Shown here: positions 19,566 to 27,139 of the stretch, in pieces | Layout: each line of letters opens with the position of its first letter | How positions within the stretch are numbered: position 1 is the stretch's first letter | Source of the DNA: a virus | Length of the DNA stretch: 64,000 nt | Reading direction: 5' to 3' (one strand) | Virus record (IMG/VR): IMGVR_UViG_3300027706_000002 | Coordinates: 2,372-66,371 of that record | Notes under the pieces: generated by a model | Database searches by the model: none | What the model was told of the DNA's origin: nothing | Seen by the model: only the letters and a program-made list of their open reading frames with translations | Translations under genes and position numbers: made by a program

Positions 19566-19901
19566 TCAAGCTCGCCGCGAGCGTGGCTTACCGCCTTGGG
19601 CTTGAGGAACTGAGGGACGCTTTCCCTCGGTGAGCGATTGTAGGGTTTTCTCGAGAGCCTCAGTCCGTTGCGCCACAGAAGTCTGGTAAGGCATCCAACG
19701 GCAATGGGCTTCAGCGGCTGGTACTGGATCTTCGTCTTGAAGAAGACGGATCGAACCGTAACCTTCTACAGCCCCACTCGGGGAGAAAACTGTTACATTA
19801 ATCAAGCGTTCGTTCCAAACCTTCGTGACAATAGCAGCCTGTTCCTCGGCATCCCCCCGCACGTAGAACCATACAATTCTACCCACTGTCGGTCGGATCA
19901 T
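19566..19901 (-). CDS. conserved phage hypothetical protein
   Basis: PTVGRIVWF...AAIVT.V....IN.TVF pattern. Confidence 0.65.
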   Translation of the reverse strand: MIRPTVGRIVWFYVRGDAEEQAAIVTKVWNERLINVTVFSPSGAVEGYGSIRLLQDEDPVPAAEAHCRWMPYQTSVAQRTEALEKTLQSLTEGKRPSVPQAQGGKPRSRRA

Positions 19902-19910
19902 TGTTTCTCC

Positions 19911-20345
19911 TTACCATACATCCGGACAAGGACACCAGGTACATCCTCCGCTTCCCCTTGTCCCCATCCAGAATCCGCGAGCGAATTGTCGCTTACTAAT
20001 CGCCGAGAGGCATCCGCTAAAATCGAGATTGATAGCCACCTGGCCGTATTTACTTCCTTCGACGGACATTGTCGTTTGTCCCTGAAAGGTCGCTGAGGCT
20101 TCTGAGGTTGATTTCACCTGGTAAAGTTGATCCATTACGTGGTAGTAATGGCAAGCTAACCAGCGTTCAATCAGTTCCGCCTTAGCGTCGGTCAAAATGA
20201 TCGTCGGAGGGAGTCGGCTTCTAGAACAAACGACCACGTCATCAACCACCGCACTAGCGGTATCAATAAAGGGCTGTAGGTCCGTGAAATCGTCGTAGTT
20301 ATCTCCCAGAATCGCCTGGACTGCAGCTACTGTTGTTCTCGCCAT
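19911..20345 (-). CDS. head-tail adaptor (putative)
   Basis: RTT...V..I, L.PFI.TA, ELIERWLACH, S.YGQ.A..LD.SG motifs. Confidence 0.7.
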   Translation of the reverse strand: MARTTVAAVQAILGDNYDDFTDLQPFIDTASAVVDDVVVCSRSRLPPTIILTDAKAELIERWLACHYYHVMDQLYQVKSTSEASATFQGQTTMSVEGSKYGQVAINLDFSGCLSAISKRQFARGFWMGTRGSGGCTWCPCPDVW

Positions 20346-20409
20346 CGCCGACTCCTCTGCCGACCCTCAGGGAAGCACGCCTACCTCACACGGAGGTTCT
20401 GCGTCAGCG

Positions 20410-20913
20410 TCAGCCTCCTCCGATACAGCCTCGAGAGCCTCCTGGGAAAAAGAAGGGCTGTTGTACCCGAGGAGCGAAGGCCGGAGTAGCATAGGTGAAA
20501 GCTCCTTCGGCCGGAACGGTCGGAATTCTCTTGGCCGGAGTCTTTTGTAGAAATTGTTTGATTCGGGTCTCGTTGGCCGGCCCGTAGATCTCTGCCCGGA
20601 CTTCGAGTTCTCCTCCGCTAGGAACCGCAACGACAACTCCTACCGGAAGGAGTCCGGGTAATCCCTTCGAGCTACAGAGCACTGCTCCGCGTACCGAAGT
20701 GCTGGGTACATTGATAAAGACGACCAAGGGTCGATCAGAACGCAGTGCAGCATTGTAGGCTTCTGTGTAGTCCCCGTAACAGCTACAAGGATCGCAAGTA
20801 CAATCCACGCCGCAAGAACAGGTGGGAGTGGTAAGTTTGAGGCGTTCCGGTTCCGCCGCGTTGACTAGTAAAGGCAAAGCAAAAGTGAAGAGGAAGAGGA
20901 GGGTCTTATACAT
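20410..20913 (-). CDS. secreted Cys-rich protein
   Basis: Signal peptide (MYKTLLFLFTFALPLLVNA), CSCGVDCTCDPCSC, C-terminal GCIGGG. Confidence 0.6.
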   Translation of the reverse strand: MYKTLLFLFTFALPLLVNAAEPERLKLTTPTCSCGVDCTCDPCSCYGDYTEAYNAALRSDRPLVVFINVPSTSVRGAVLCSSKGLPGLLPVGVVVAVPSGGELEVRAEIYGPANETRIKQFLQKTPAKRIPTVPAEGAFTYATPAFAPRVQQPFFFPGGSRGCIGGG

Positions 20914-20971
20914 GGAAGTTCCTTTCTTGTAACGAAATTCGAGGTCGAAACATTGAGTACAGTCTAGAGAA

Positions 20972-21346
20972 TTAGGCTCCCGGCTGCGGTAGGGGAAACA
21001 GAGCACTGAGGCTATCTTGGATCATCTGGGTGAGGACCTTTAGACCGTTTTCCGGCACGTCGTACCACACGAATTGCGAACTGGCGAAGACCTTACCACT
21101 GGCGTGCTTCTGATTATTCTTTCCCGTCTCGAGTACGGTCAGGTTCAAGGTAACCACCGGGGTCCGGCCTCTAGGATTACCAGAATCTGAAGGTGGAGGG
21201 TTTTGCGTGATCGTGCTGACGAAGAGAGCTAGACCCATCTCCATCTTCTGGAGAGTTGGATAATCTACTCCTCCCCAGCTACGGATCAAAGGAATTCCCG
21301 GGCCGTGTAGGGTGACCGTGACGGTGAAGGTCTTATTCGGTTGCAT
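20972..21346 (-). CDS. hypothetical protein
   Basis: AAGGAG RBS; operon position. Confidence 0.6.
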   Translation of the reverse strand: MQPNKTFTVTVTLHGPGIPLIRSWGGVDYPTLQKMEMGLALFVSTITQNPPPSDSGNPRGRTPVVTLNLTVLETGKNNQKHASGKVFASSQFVWYDVPENGLKVLTQMIQDSLSALFPLPQPGA

Positions 21347-21355
21347 AGGGACTCC

Positions 21356-22279
21356 TTAGAGTTTGCGCCAATCGATCGTCGTGGGCGGAAAACCAACTGC
21401 GTGTGAGTAGGCGTAGGTATCGCCTTGCCGTAGATCTGGTTCGATCTCTTGGAGATCCGAAAGGTAACAGCCTGCGGGTAATTCGATCTCTTCCCCAGAC
21501 TCTAACTTAACAAGGTTGTTCGTTGAACCGAGGTAGTCTCCCCAAGAATTTTGGTAAACGACCGCTCGTCGTCCACCCTTAACGGTACAGCGACCCCGGA
21601 GGCACTGTGAATGAGGCCACTCGTTTCCTGTACGAGGACAAAAGCCGTTGGCTTGTCGTTGCATCGTCCGCGAGATAGAACCGCAGATATTAATCGGCTT
21701 CCACTGCCCCAAGGCAGCCCAAGCCTGTTCTGCGGTAGTGATCGGAGCAACGTCCTGAACGGGGTGCCGCTTGGCTTCGCCTTCGACGGGTTTTGCCCCT
21801 TCTGCTCCCCACTTCTTGCATCGCTGTACGTTATAGCCGTCGGAGAGATCGGCGTTGGGATACTTGACGTAGAAGCATACGCCATACTTGTGGAGCCAGT
21901 CCGCACACCAAGAGCCGGTAGACCCGTCTTGATAGTCTCCCCATTGGCCCCCTATCTCGCAACGAGAACCCCCATAAATCGGCTCCCGAGCTACTTCGGC
22001 TGGTGGGGTGCCGTCTCCATTGACGGCGCACTGAATCGTTAAGGTATCTTCTGCCGCTTTACCGCCTCCATGTGAGACGCAGGAACCGATCTGCCCTTGA
22101 TCCCAGACGGGGAGTAAGCGACCCCAGACCTTTTCTTCGAGCTTCCAGAAGAAAACATCTTGGTTATTATCGGCTATCTGTAACTGGGTAAGACTCCCGT
22201 AGAGACGAGTCAGTTGGAGCTTGGACCAGTATTGGTGGATCGACAAGGGCCGATAAAGCCAACCGAAAAACGGCATCAA
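21356..22279 (-). CDS. papain-like (C1) cysteine peptidase
   Basis: DQGQIGSCV (Gln/Cys), WPH (His), QNSWG (Asn). Confidence 0.85.
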   Translation of the reverse strand: MMPFFGWLYRPLSIHQYWSKLQLTRLYGSLTQLQIADNNQDVFFWKLEEKVWGRLLPVWDQGQIGSCVSHGGGKAAEDTLTIQCAVNGDGTPPAEVAREPIYGGSRCEIGGQWGDYQDGSTGSWCADWLHKYGVCFYVKYPNADLSDGYNVQRCKKWGAEGAKPVEGEAKRHPVQDVAPITTAEQAWAALGQWKPINICGSISRTMQRQANGFCPRTGNEWPHSQCLRGRCTVKGGRRAVVYQNSWGDYLGSTNNLVKLESGEEIELPAGCYLSDLQEIEPDLRQGDTYAYSHAVGFPPTTIDWRKL

Positions 22280-22971
22280 CGGACTCCTTGGAGAGATTTA
22301 CTGAGAGTAGCAAAAACCTGTTGGGCCTTCTTACGGTCGAGAAGGTCGGAAGGCTTGCCGCGCAACTCTTGGTTGAGGTAGTCTCCGCAAGCGGTTCGGA
22401 GGGTTAAGAGATCTCCGTCGGCTAGAACCTTTTTACGTTCTTGTTGTAAAGCGTCGAAAAGATCGCCGAGAGTCTGTACAGAGTTGTCTCGTATATGGGG
22501 TGGAGCGAGATCTTTGTAGAGACGCTTCAGAGCGGCAAGGTGTTGAGCCTTCTGCGGATCCTTGTCATTGAGATAAGCCTGCCGCAGAGCCTTCGTGAGG
22601 TTATCTGCGGCAGGATCGGGCGGGGCAGGGGGTGGAGGATCCGGCGAGTCTCCCACGACTACGAGACAAGTGGCCGCGTCCGACGGAACGTCTCCTTCCG
22701 CCGTCCAGGCAATAATACGATAGCTTCCCTCCTGAGGAGCTACAACCACGAGGGTCTTTGTATCCCGCAAAAGTTCAACGGGAAAGACGTTGAGACCTTC
22801 GTCCAAAGCGTACCACTTCACGACCTTATTAAGGGTCTGCGCCTTAATCTCGATGAAGGCTCCGGGTTTCCCCGTAACCTTTTTCGGGAGTTGTAAAGCA
22901 GGATCTCCTGCCAAGGCTAAAGCGGTTAACAGACAAAAGGTGCAGAACGCCAACGAACCTTTGTATCGCAT
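22276..22971 (-). CDS. secreted protein with Ig-like N-domain, Pro linker and helical C-domain
   Basis: Signal peptide, PDPPPPAPPDP linker. Confidence 0.6.
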   Translation of the reverse strand: MRYKGSLAFCTFCLLTALALAGDPALQLPKKVTGKPGAFIEIKAQTLNKVVKWYALDEGLNVFPVELLRDTKTLVVVAPQEGSYRIIAWTAEGDVPSDAATCLVVVGDSPDPPPPAPPDPAADNLTKALRQAYLNDKDPQKAQHLAALKRLYKDLAPPHIRDNSVQTLGDLFDALQQERKKVLADGDLLTLRTACGDYLNQELRGKPSDLLDRKKAQQVFATLSKSLQGVR

Positions 22972-22984
22972 GGAACTCTCGGAG

Positions 22985-23143
22985 TTAGATCTTGTTGACC
23001 TTTGGCAAAATTTTCGGAATCAGTTCGATCGCTAAGGCATGGAGTGTTCCTACCAAGAAAAGCATGAACGGTTTGCCTCGAAGAGATTCCTCAAGGACGT
23101 TAAAGATCAGATCGATGAGGTTCTTCAGCTGATCGGGAGTCAC
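22985..23143 (-). CDS. 52-aa hydrophobic protein (below the ORF-track cutoff)
   Basis: GGAG RBS and GTG start; MTPDQLKNLIDLIFNVLEESLRGKPFMLFLVGTLHALAIELIPKILPKVNKI; fills the gap between neighbours. Confidence 0.6.
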   Translation of the reverse strand: MTPDQLKNLIDLIFNVLEESLRGKPFMLFLVGTLHALAIELIPKILPKVNKI

Positions 23144-23183
23144 TTGTTTTCTCCGTTTTTGTCACGGGGGAGGAACGATTCGC

Positions 23184-24035
23184 TTAACGTTCTTCCCACC
23201 ACTGCCTACAGATCTCACAAAAACGACCGTGCTTACCGTGATGTGGGTGGGGTGGATAGCTATTGTGACCGTGATGACAACAACCCCAGTTCTTCGGTAC
23301 GGGACTACCCGGGGCCGCAAAACGCTTCGTTGTCCTTCCTTGCCAATTAGCTCCGAGCTTCGATTCCTCAGCTTCCAGGTGTAACGCTACGATCTCGGGA
23401 AGGTGAATCCGCTGTCGGCGATCCCACAAAAGGGCGAATTGTACATCGGTACGGGCCGCAGTACTGTGGCGATCGGGGTAACGACGATAGCGAATTCCTC
23501 TCCACTCCGCAGCGGAAGCGTACCACAGCTGACTGTAGCCAATGGGTACATAGCCGTGATGCGGGTTGACCCAACGAGTACCGATCTCGGTGTGCTTGGG
23601 GAAGTTTACGCGGCAGTGATAGTCGTGGTGTCGATGTCCCGAAGTCTTGAACTTCTGCCACCTGTCCCAACCGACGACTCGAACCCGATCCCAACCATAG
23701 ATACAATCTTCATGCAAGTGCGCCGTCTGTAGCAGCTGTCGGAAATCTGAGGGTTGAATAATATCCGCGTCCATATGCAAGTGCCAACTATCGGCTGACA
23801 GTTGCATCAGACCGCGATTGATGCCTCGAGCTTTGGCAAAGGTGCCCTTGCCCTCGCGAGTAAAATCGTCTGTAACGACGACCTCCAAATTGTGTTTCCT
23901 ACAAACTTCCCTCGTCTCCTCATCCCCAGGAGTCGTTACGATTACCCAACGATCGAATAAGGGACGATTGTAGACCGCTGTTTCGTTGAGGAAGTCTCCG
24001 TAATTGACACAGACTGTAACCGCCTCGATCCGCAT
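23184..24035 (-). CDS. GT-A glycosyltransferase, paralog of 1998-2735
   Basis: VCVNYGDFL, MDADI, GYSQL motifs; His/Cys-rich tail; AGGAGAGG RBS. Confidence 0.72.
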   Translation of the reverse strand: MRIEAVTVCVNYGDFLNETAVYNRPLFDRWVIVTTPGDEETREVCRKHNLEVVVTDDFTREGKGTFAKARGINRGLMQLSADSWHLHMDADIIQPSDFRQLLQTAHLHEDCIYGWDRVRVVGWDRWQKFKTSGHRHHDYHCRVNFPKHTEIGTRWVNPHHGYVPIGYSQLWYASAAEWRGIRYRRYPDRHSTAARTDVQFALLWDRRQRIHLPEIVALHLEAEESKLGANWQGRTTKRFAAPGSPVPKNWGCCHHGHNSYPPHPHHGKHGRFCEICRQWWEER

Positions 24036-24045
24036 AACCTCTCCT

Positions 24046-24273
24046 CTAGTCTCGGTAGTATCCTTCTGGGCGATCTTTCTTGATTCGTTGGGAGCCGTAC
24101 TCCTGTTCCGCCAGTTTCGTTTGTACCCAATCAAGACGTTGTTGGATAACCTTCATCTTGTAAAGAATCTGGTTCGCTTCGCTCTTGAGAAGAATAACCT
24201 TCCAAGCCAGTATCAAAATACTGACTGTGAGGCTAACTCCTGCGGCAGCAAGTAGGGGAGATTCTCCAAGCAA
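24046..24273 (-). CDS. small membrane protein (one TM plus coiled coil)
   Basis: Hydrophobic N-terminal helix; abuts the upstream gene. Confidence 0.5.
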   Translation of the reverse strand: MLGESPLLAAAGVSLTVSILILAWKVILLKSEANQILYKMKVIQQRLDWVQTKLAEQEYGSQRIKKDRPEGYYRD

Positions 24274-24630
24274 CTAGGAACCTCCTCGATTTCTCCCGGT
24301 TTCTGAGGTCTTATACCGCTGAACCTCTTGAGTGAGCTCGGAAACCCGTTGCGCGAGTTGCGTCATCGCTTGCGTCGTTTCCCGAGTCACCTGGAGAAGA
24401 GAATTCATAATCTTGTTATTGTGTTCTCTCGCTTCTCGCAGGCCTTCCAAGAAATCCTTCTTCATCGTTTCCAGGTGGATATCTCCGCGTTGGAAAAGCC
24501 CATCGATCCGATCTACCAGACCTTTGACCTGTTCATCTCGACTACGCACGTATTGTAGAAAATAATACATAACCACTAACGACGCAGCCGAAGATCCCAC
24601 CGCAGGGATCCAGCTGAAGTCAGCTACCAT
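24274..24630 (-). CDS. holin-like membrane protein (one TM plus coiled coil)
   Basis: N-terminal TM segment, long amphipathic helix; position after the capsid module. Confidence 0.5.
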   Translation of the reverse strand: MVADFSWIPAVGSSAASLVVMYYFLQYVRSRDEQVKGLVDRIDGLFQRGDIHLETMKKDFLEGLREAREHNNKIMNSLLQVTRETTQAMTQLAQRVSELTQEVQRYKTSETGRNRGGS

Positions 24631-24694
24631 AGCTGGCTCCTGGAAAAGGGAAGAGATTGCGGGGGATCAGCGAGACGATCGGTAATACAAGAGA

Positions 24695-25111
24695 TTACTT
24701 GATTACTCCTGTATTCTTGAGGACGCGAATTATCTCCTCTTTGCTCTTAGCTCCCTTGAGATTGATTTCTTCGGCCGCAGCCCACTGCTGTAGCTCCTTG
24801 AAAGACATCGATTCGAGAGTCTTACTCGCGTCTGCGCTACCTCCAACGACAGCCGTTTGTGGTGCGGCGGTGTTGGGCCCCGCTTGAGAATTGCTGGGAG
24901 AATTGTGAGTAGAATCGCCGACGAAATCGTCTGGAAGACGTTGGAACTTGGAGGGGAAGTCTGGATTGACCTTACTCCAGGGGGAGAATTTTTCTACCAG
25001 ATCGACGTCGGTTTCAACGATCGAACCCTGAGGATAGGTTCGGATTTCCATACGACCGTCCGGAAGACGCACTTCTTCCAAGTGTTGGCCGTGAAGGACA
25101 CGAAATTTCAT
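24695..25111 (-). CDS. head-associated protein with C-terminal Rho-N/HeH-like domain
   Basis: LESMSFKELQQWA....I.L.GAKSKEEII motif; directly after the MCP gene. Confidence 0.65.
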   Translation of the reverse strand: MKFRVLHGQHLEEVRLPDGRMEIRTYPQGSIVETDVDLVEKFSPWSKVNPDFPSKFQRLPDDFVGDSTHNSPSNSQAGPNTAAPQTAVVGGSADASKTLESMSFKELQQWAAAEEINLKGAKSKEEIIRVLKNTGVIK

Positions 25112-25131
25112 AGCTAGCTCCTTAAAGGTTG

Positions 25132-25168
25132 AACAAACCCCAGCAGGTTGGCGTAAGACCTGCTGGGG
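25132..25168 (-). terminator. intrinsic terminator after the major capsid gene
   Basis: 11-bp stem CCCCAGCAGGT/ACCTGCTGGGG followed by TTTGTT on the minus strand. Confidence 0.7.
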
Positions 25169-25190
25169 GAGGAGAAGGGCGGTTGCTCGA

Positions 25191-26456
25191 TTACGCGGTG
25201 GTCGCGTGGAGAATACCGCAGTTGCCGTAGTAGTCCGCCCGCAACTGAGGTACTTGGATACACATCACCTTGAAGTTCAATTGCATACCGCCCTTGGTTT
25301 CCCATTGGACGGTCGTAATATCCATGCCGTTCACAGCCCGAGCTACGTCCGGAGTCATCTGGACCATGAGCAGCGTAAACGGGGAAGTAGCCGTAGCCGT
25401 GAAACCTTCGCCGCCCGGACCCTTCGCCGGGTCGGGTTTAGAGGCAAACAGGAAGTCCAAACGGCGAACGTCCATGATGCCTTCGATCGATTTGAGACGT
25501 TCACGAAGCGTCTGTGTAGCTACGTTACCGCCGGTGAGAATGTAATCGTTGTCCATGTACTGATCCCAATCGTTGCTGTGGTACAGCATGAAGGGACCGT
25601 AGAACTTGTTGGCGTAAAGCTGATCGCGCATGGCGAGAACGTTACGCAGCGTGGTAGCCGCCGTCCAACCGCCGGCAGTCGGGGCGGTCAAGGTCGTGTA
25701 GGTAAGTCGATTGGGAAAGTTGGTATACCCGAAGACCGTACTGGCCCGACCATAGCCACCGACCTGAGTCGAGTTGCCGCCGTAGGTAATGCCAGTGTTA
25801 GTACCGATCAGAGTTTTTTCGATCGTCTCTGCCACACGGCGAGCGGCTGCTTCGCCCATCGTCGTATCCAGAGGCGTACCTGTATTGCGAGACACTGCCA
25901 AACGGCGAGCCGAGAACCAAAAGTCCGTATGCGTGATGGGCAAGGGCAGGCCCTGCAGCTGGAACTGCGGGGCGTCACTACGACCTTCCGCGAGACCGTC
26001 CATGTCCACGACAGCTTCGCCGGGATCCGACATCGTCTCATGTTCCAAGATCATCTTCGACATGCCGTTAAAACCGCCGAAGCTATTTGCGGCGGCGAGA
26101 TCCGCCCACGCACGGAGACGGAAGCGAGCGGCCCGTAAAACGACCGTGTCTAACTGGAGCCATTCTTCCTTTCGCAGCGAGGTCGCGTTGAAGACCGGAC
26201 TGTTAATACCCCGTTCTTGAAGGACGCGAATGGGCAGCTGCTGACGTAGGGGAACTTCCCGTTTCAGTTCTTTGTTGTAGACCATCTTGCGCGTATTCAT
26301 AATCACGCAAGGTTGTCCTCGAGTGGGACTGTTGGGATTGTCGTCGATAAACGGACGCAACAGCCCCGGATCGAAACGCACATCCATCAGTTGTTCCGCC
26401 AACGACCCGTGCGCTTGGCCGTTGAGGATAAAATCGGTGTTTGCGAACTGGTACAT
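25191..26456 (-). CDS. major capsid protein (HK97 fold, encapsulin/linocin-like lineage)
   Basis: LRKEEW..LD..V, PLPITH.DF....R.L, A.R.VAE..E, GYTN.P.R motifs; follows protease and decoration genes. Confidence 0.85.
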   Translation of the reverse strand: MYQFANTDFILNGQAHGSLAEQLMDVRFDPGLLRPFIDDNPNSPTRGQPCVIMNTRKMVYNKELKREVPLRQQLPIRVLQERGINSPVFNATSLRKEEWLQLDTVVLRAARFRLRAWADLAAANSFGGFNGMSKMILEHETMSDPGEAVVDMDGLAEGRSDAPQFQLQGLPLPITHTDFWFSARRLAVSRNTGTPLDTTMGEAAARRVAETIEKTLIGTNTGITYGGNSTQVGGYGRASTVFGYTNFPNRLTYTTLTAPTAGGWTAATTLRNVLAMRDQLYANKFYGPFMLYHSNDWDQYMDNDYILTGGNVATQTLRERLKSIEGIMDVRRLDFLFASKPDPAKGPGGEGFTATATSPFTLLMVQMTPDVARAVNGMDITTVQWETKGGMQLNFKVMCIQVPQLRADYYGNCGILHATTA

Positions 26457-26513
26457 TGGTGGAAATCTCCGTCTCTGTTATCCGGTGAGGTAGAAGTTTT
26501 GCGTTACAAGCGG

Positions 26514-26999
26514 TTAGCCGCGAGCACCTGTAAACATGACCCAGTTCAGGTCATCTTGTTTAAGATCGTCCTCCATGAGGATGAAGGGGCCGTCTGAAGA
26601 AGAACTGCTTTGTTGGGCTAGTTCTCCCGTACCCTTCGTCACCTTGAGGCGGGTGCCGACCGATAGGATTACTGAAGTACCCGTTCCCGGGTTATCGGCG
26701 AAACGCATATTCAGTTCGTCCCCGGGTAGAGGACAGTAGAGGAACCCTCGCGTTCCGCTGACGTAGGCGTCCTCGATCGTTTTGCCCTGAAGATGGTCCG
26801 GGAGCAAAACCGCGATCAGTCGAGGATCCCCGGTCGAGCTCGGATTGTAGACCTCCCAGGTATTGCGGCCGTTCACCGGAGCGGTGCCGGCCTGTAACTG
26901 CATAACCACTCCAGGCTTGGGCGTGCCGGAGATAATCCCCTCCAAAAAATTCCCTCGCGGGTTGTTCGTAAGCACAACTCCGCTACCGTGCTGGCTCAT
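26514..26999 (-). CDS. head decoration protein (putative)
   Basis: Small beta-rich protein between protease and MCP. Confidence 0.65.
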   Translation of the reverse strand: MSQHGSGVVLTNNPRGNFLEGIISGTPKPGVVMQLQAGTAPVNGRNTWEVYNPSSTGDPRLIAVLLPDHLQGKTIEDAYVSGTRGFLYCPLPGDELNMRFADNPGTGTSVILSVGTRLKVTKGTGELAQQSSSSSDGPFILMEDDLKQDDLNWVMFTGARG

Positions 27000-27016
27000 T
27001 GAGAGTCTCCTGTAAG

Positions 27017-27116
27017 GTCATTCTTTGTACCTGGCTCCCGACACCGAGTCCCGTCCGACGTCCCCCTACAACGCCCTGGAGCCTCGATGCCGGGAACCAG
27101 AGTACAAAGGAATGAC
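27017..27116 (-). ncRNA. 100-nt rod-like structured RNA element
   Basis: Stems GUCAUUC/GAAUGAC, UUUGUAC/GUACAAA and an 18-bp stem containing 3 G-U pairs that are mismatches on the plus strand. Confidence 0.55.
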
Positions 27117-27139
27117 AAATCTTCTCTGTTCCGGGTGGA

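Noticed and set aside
25191-26456. Encapsulin/bacteriocin (linocin-like) nanocompartment
   Set aside because: Its position after protease and decoration genes in a full head-tail operon identifies it as the phage major capsid protein.
27017-27116. SRP (4.5S) RNA or tRNA
   Set aside because: Similar length and rod shape, but lacks the SRP domain IV motif with its GNRA tetraloop; no cloverleaf.
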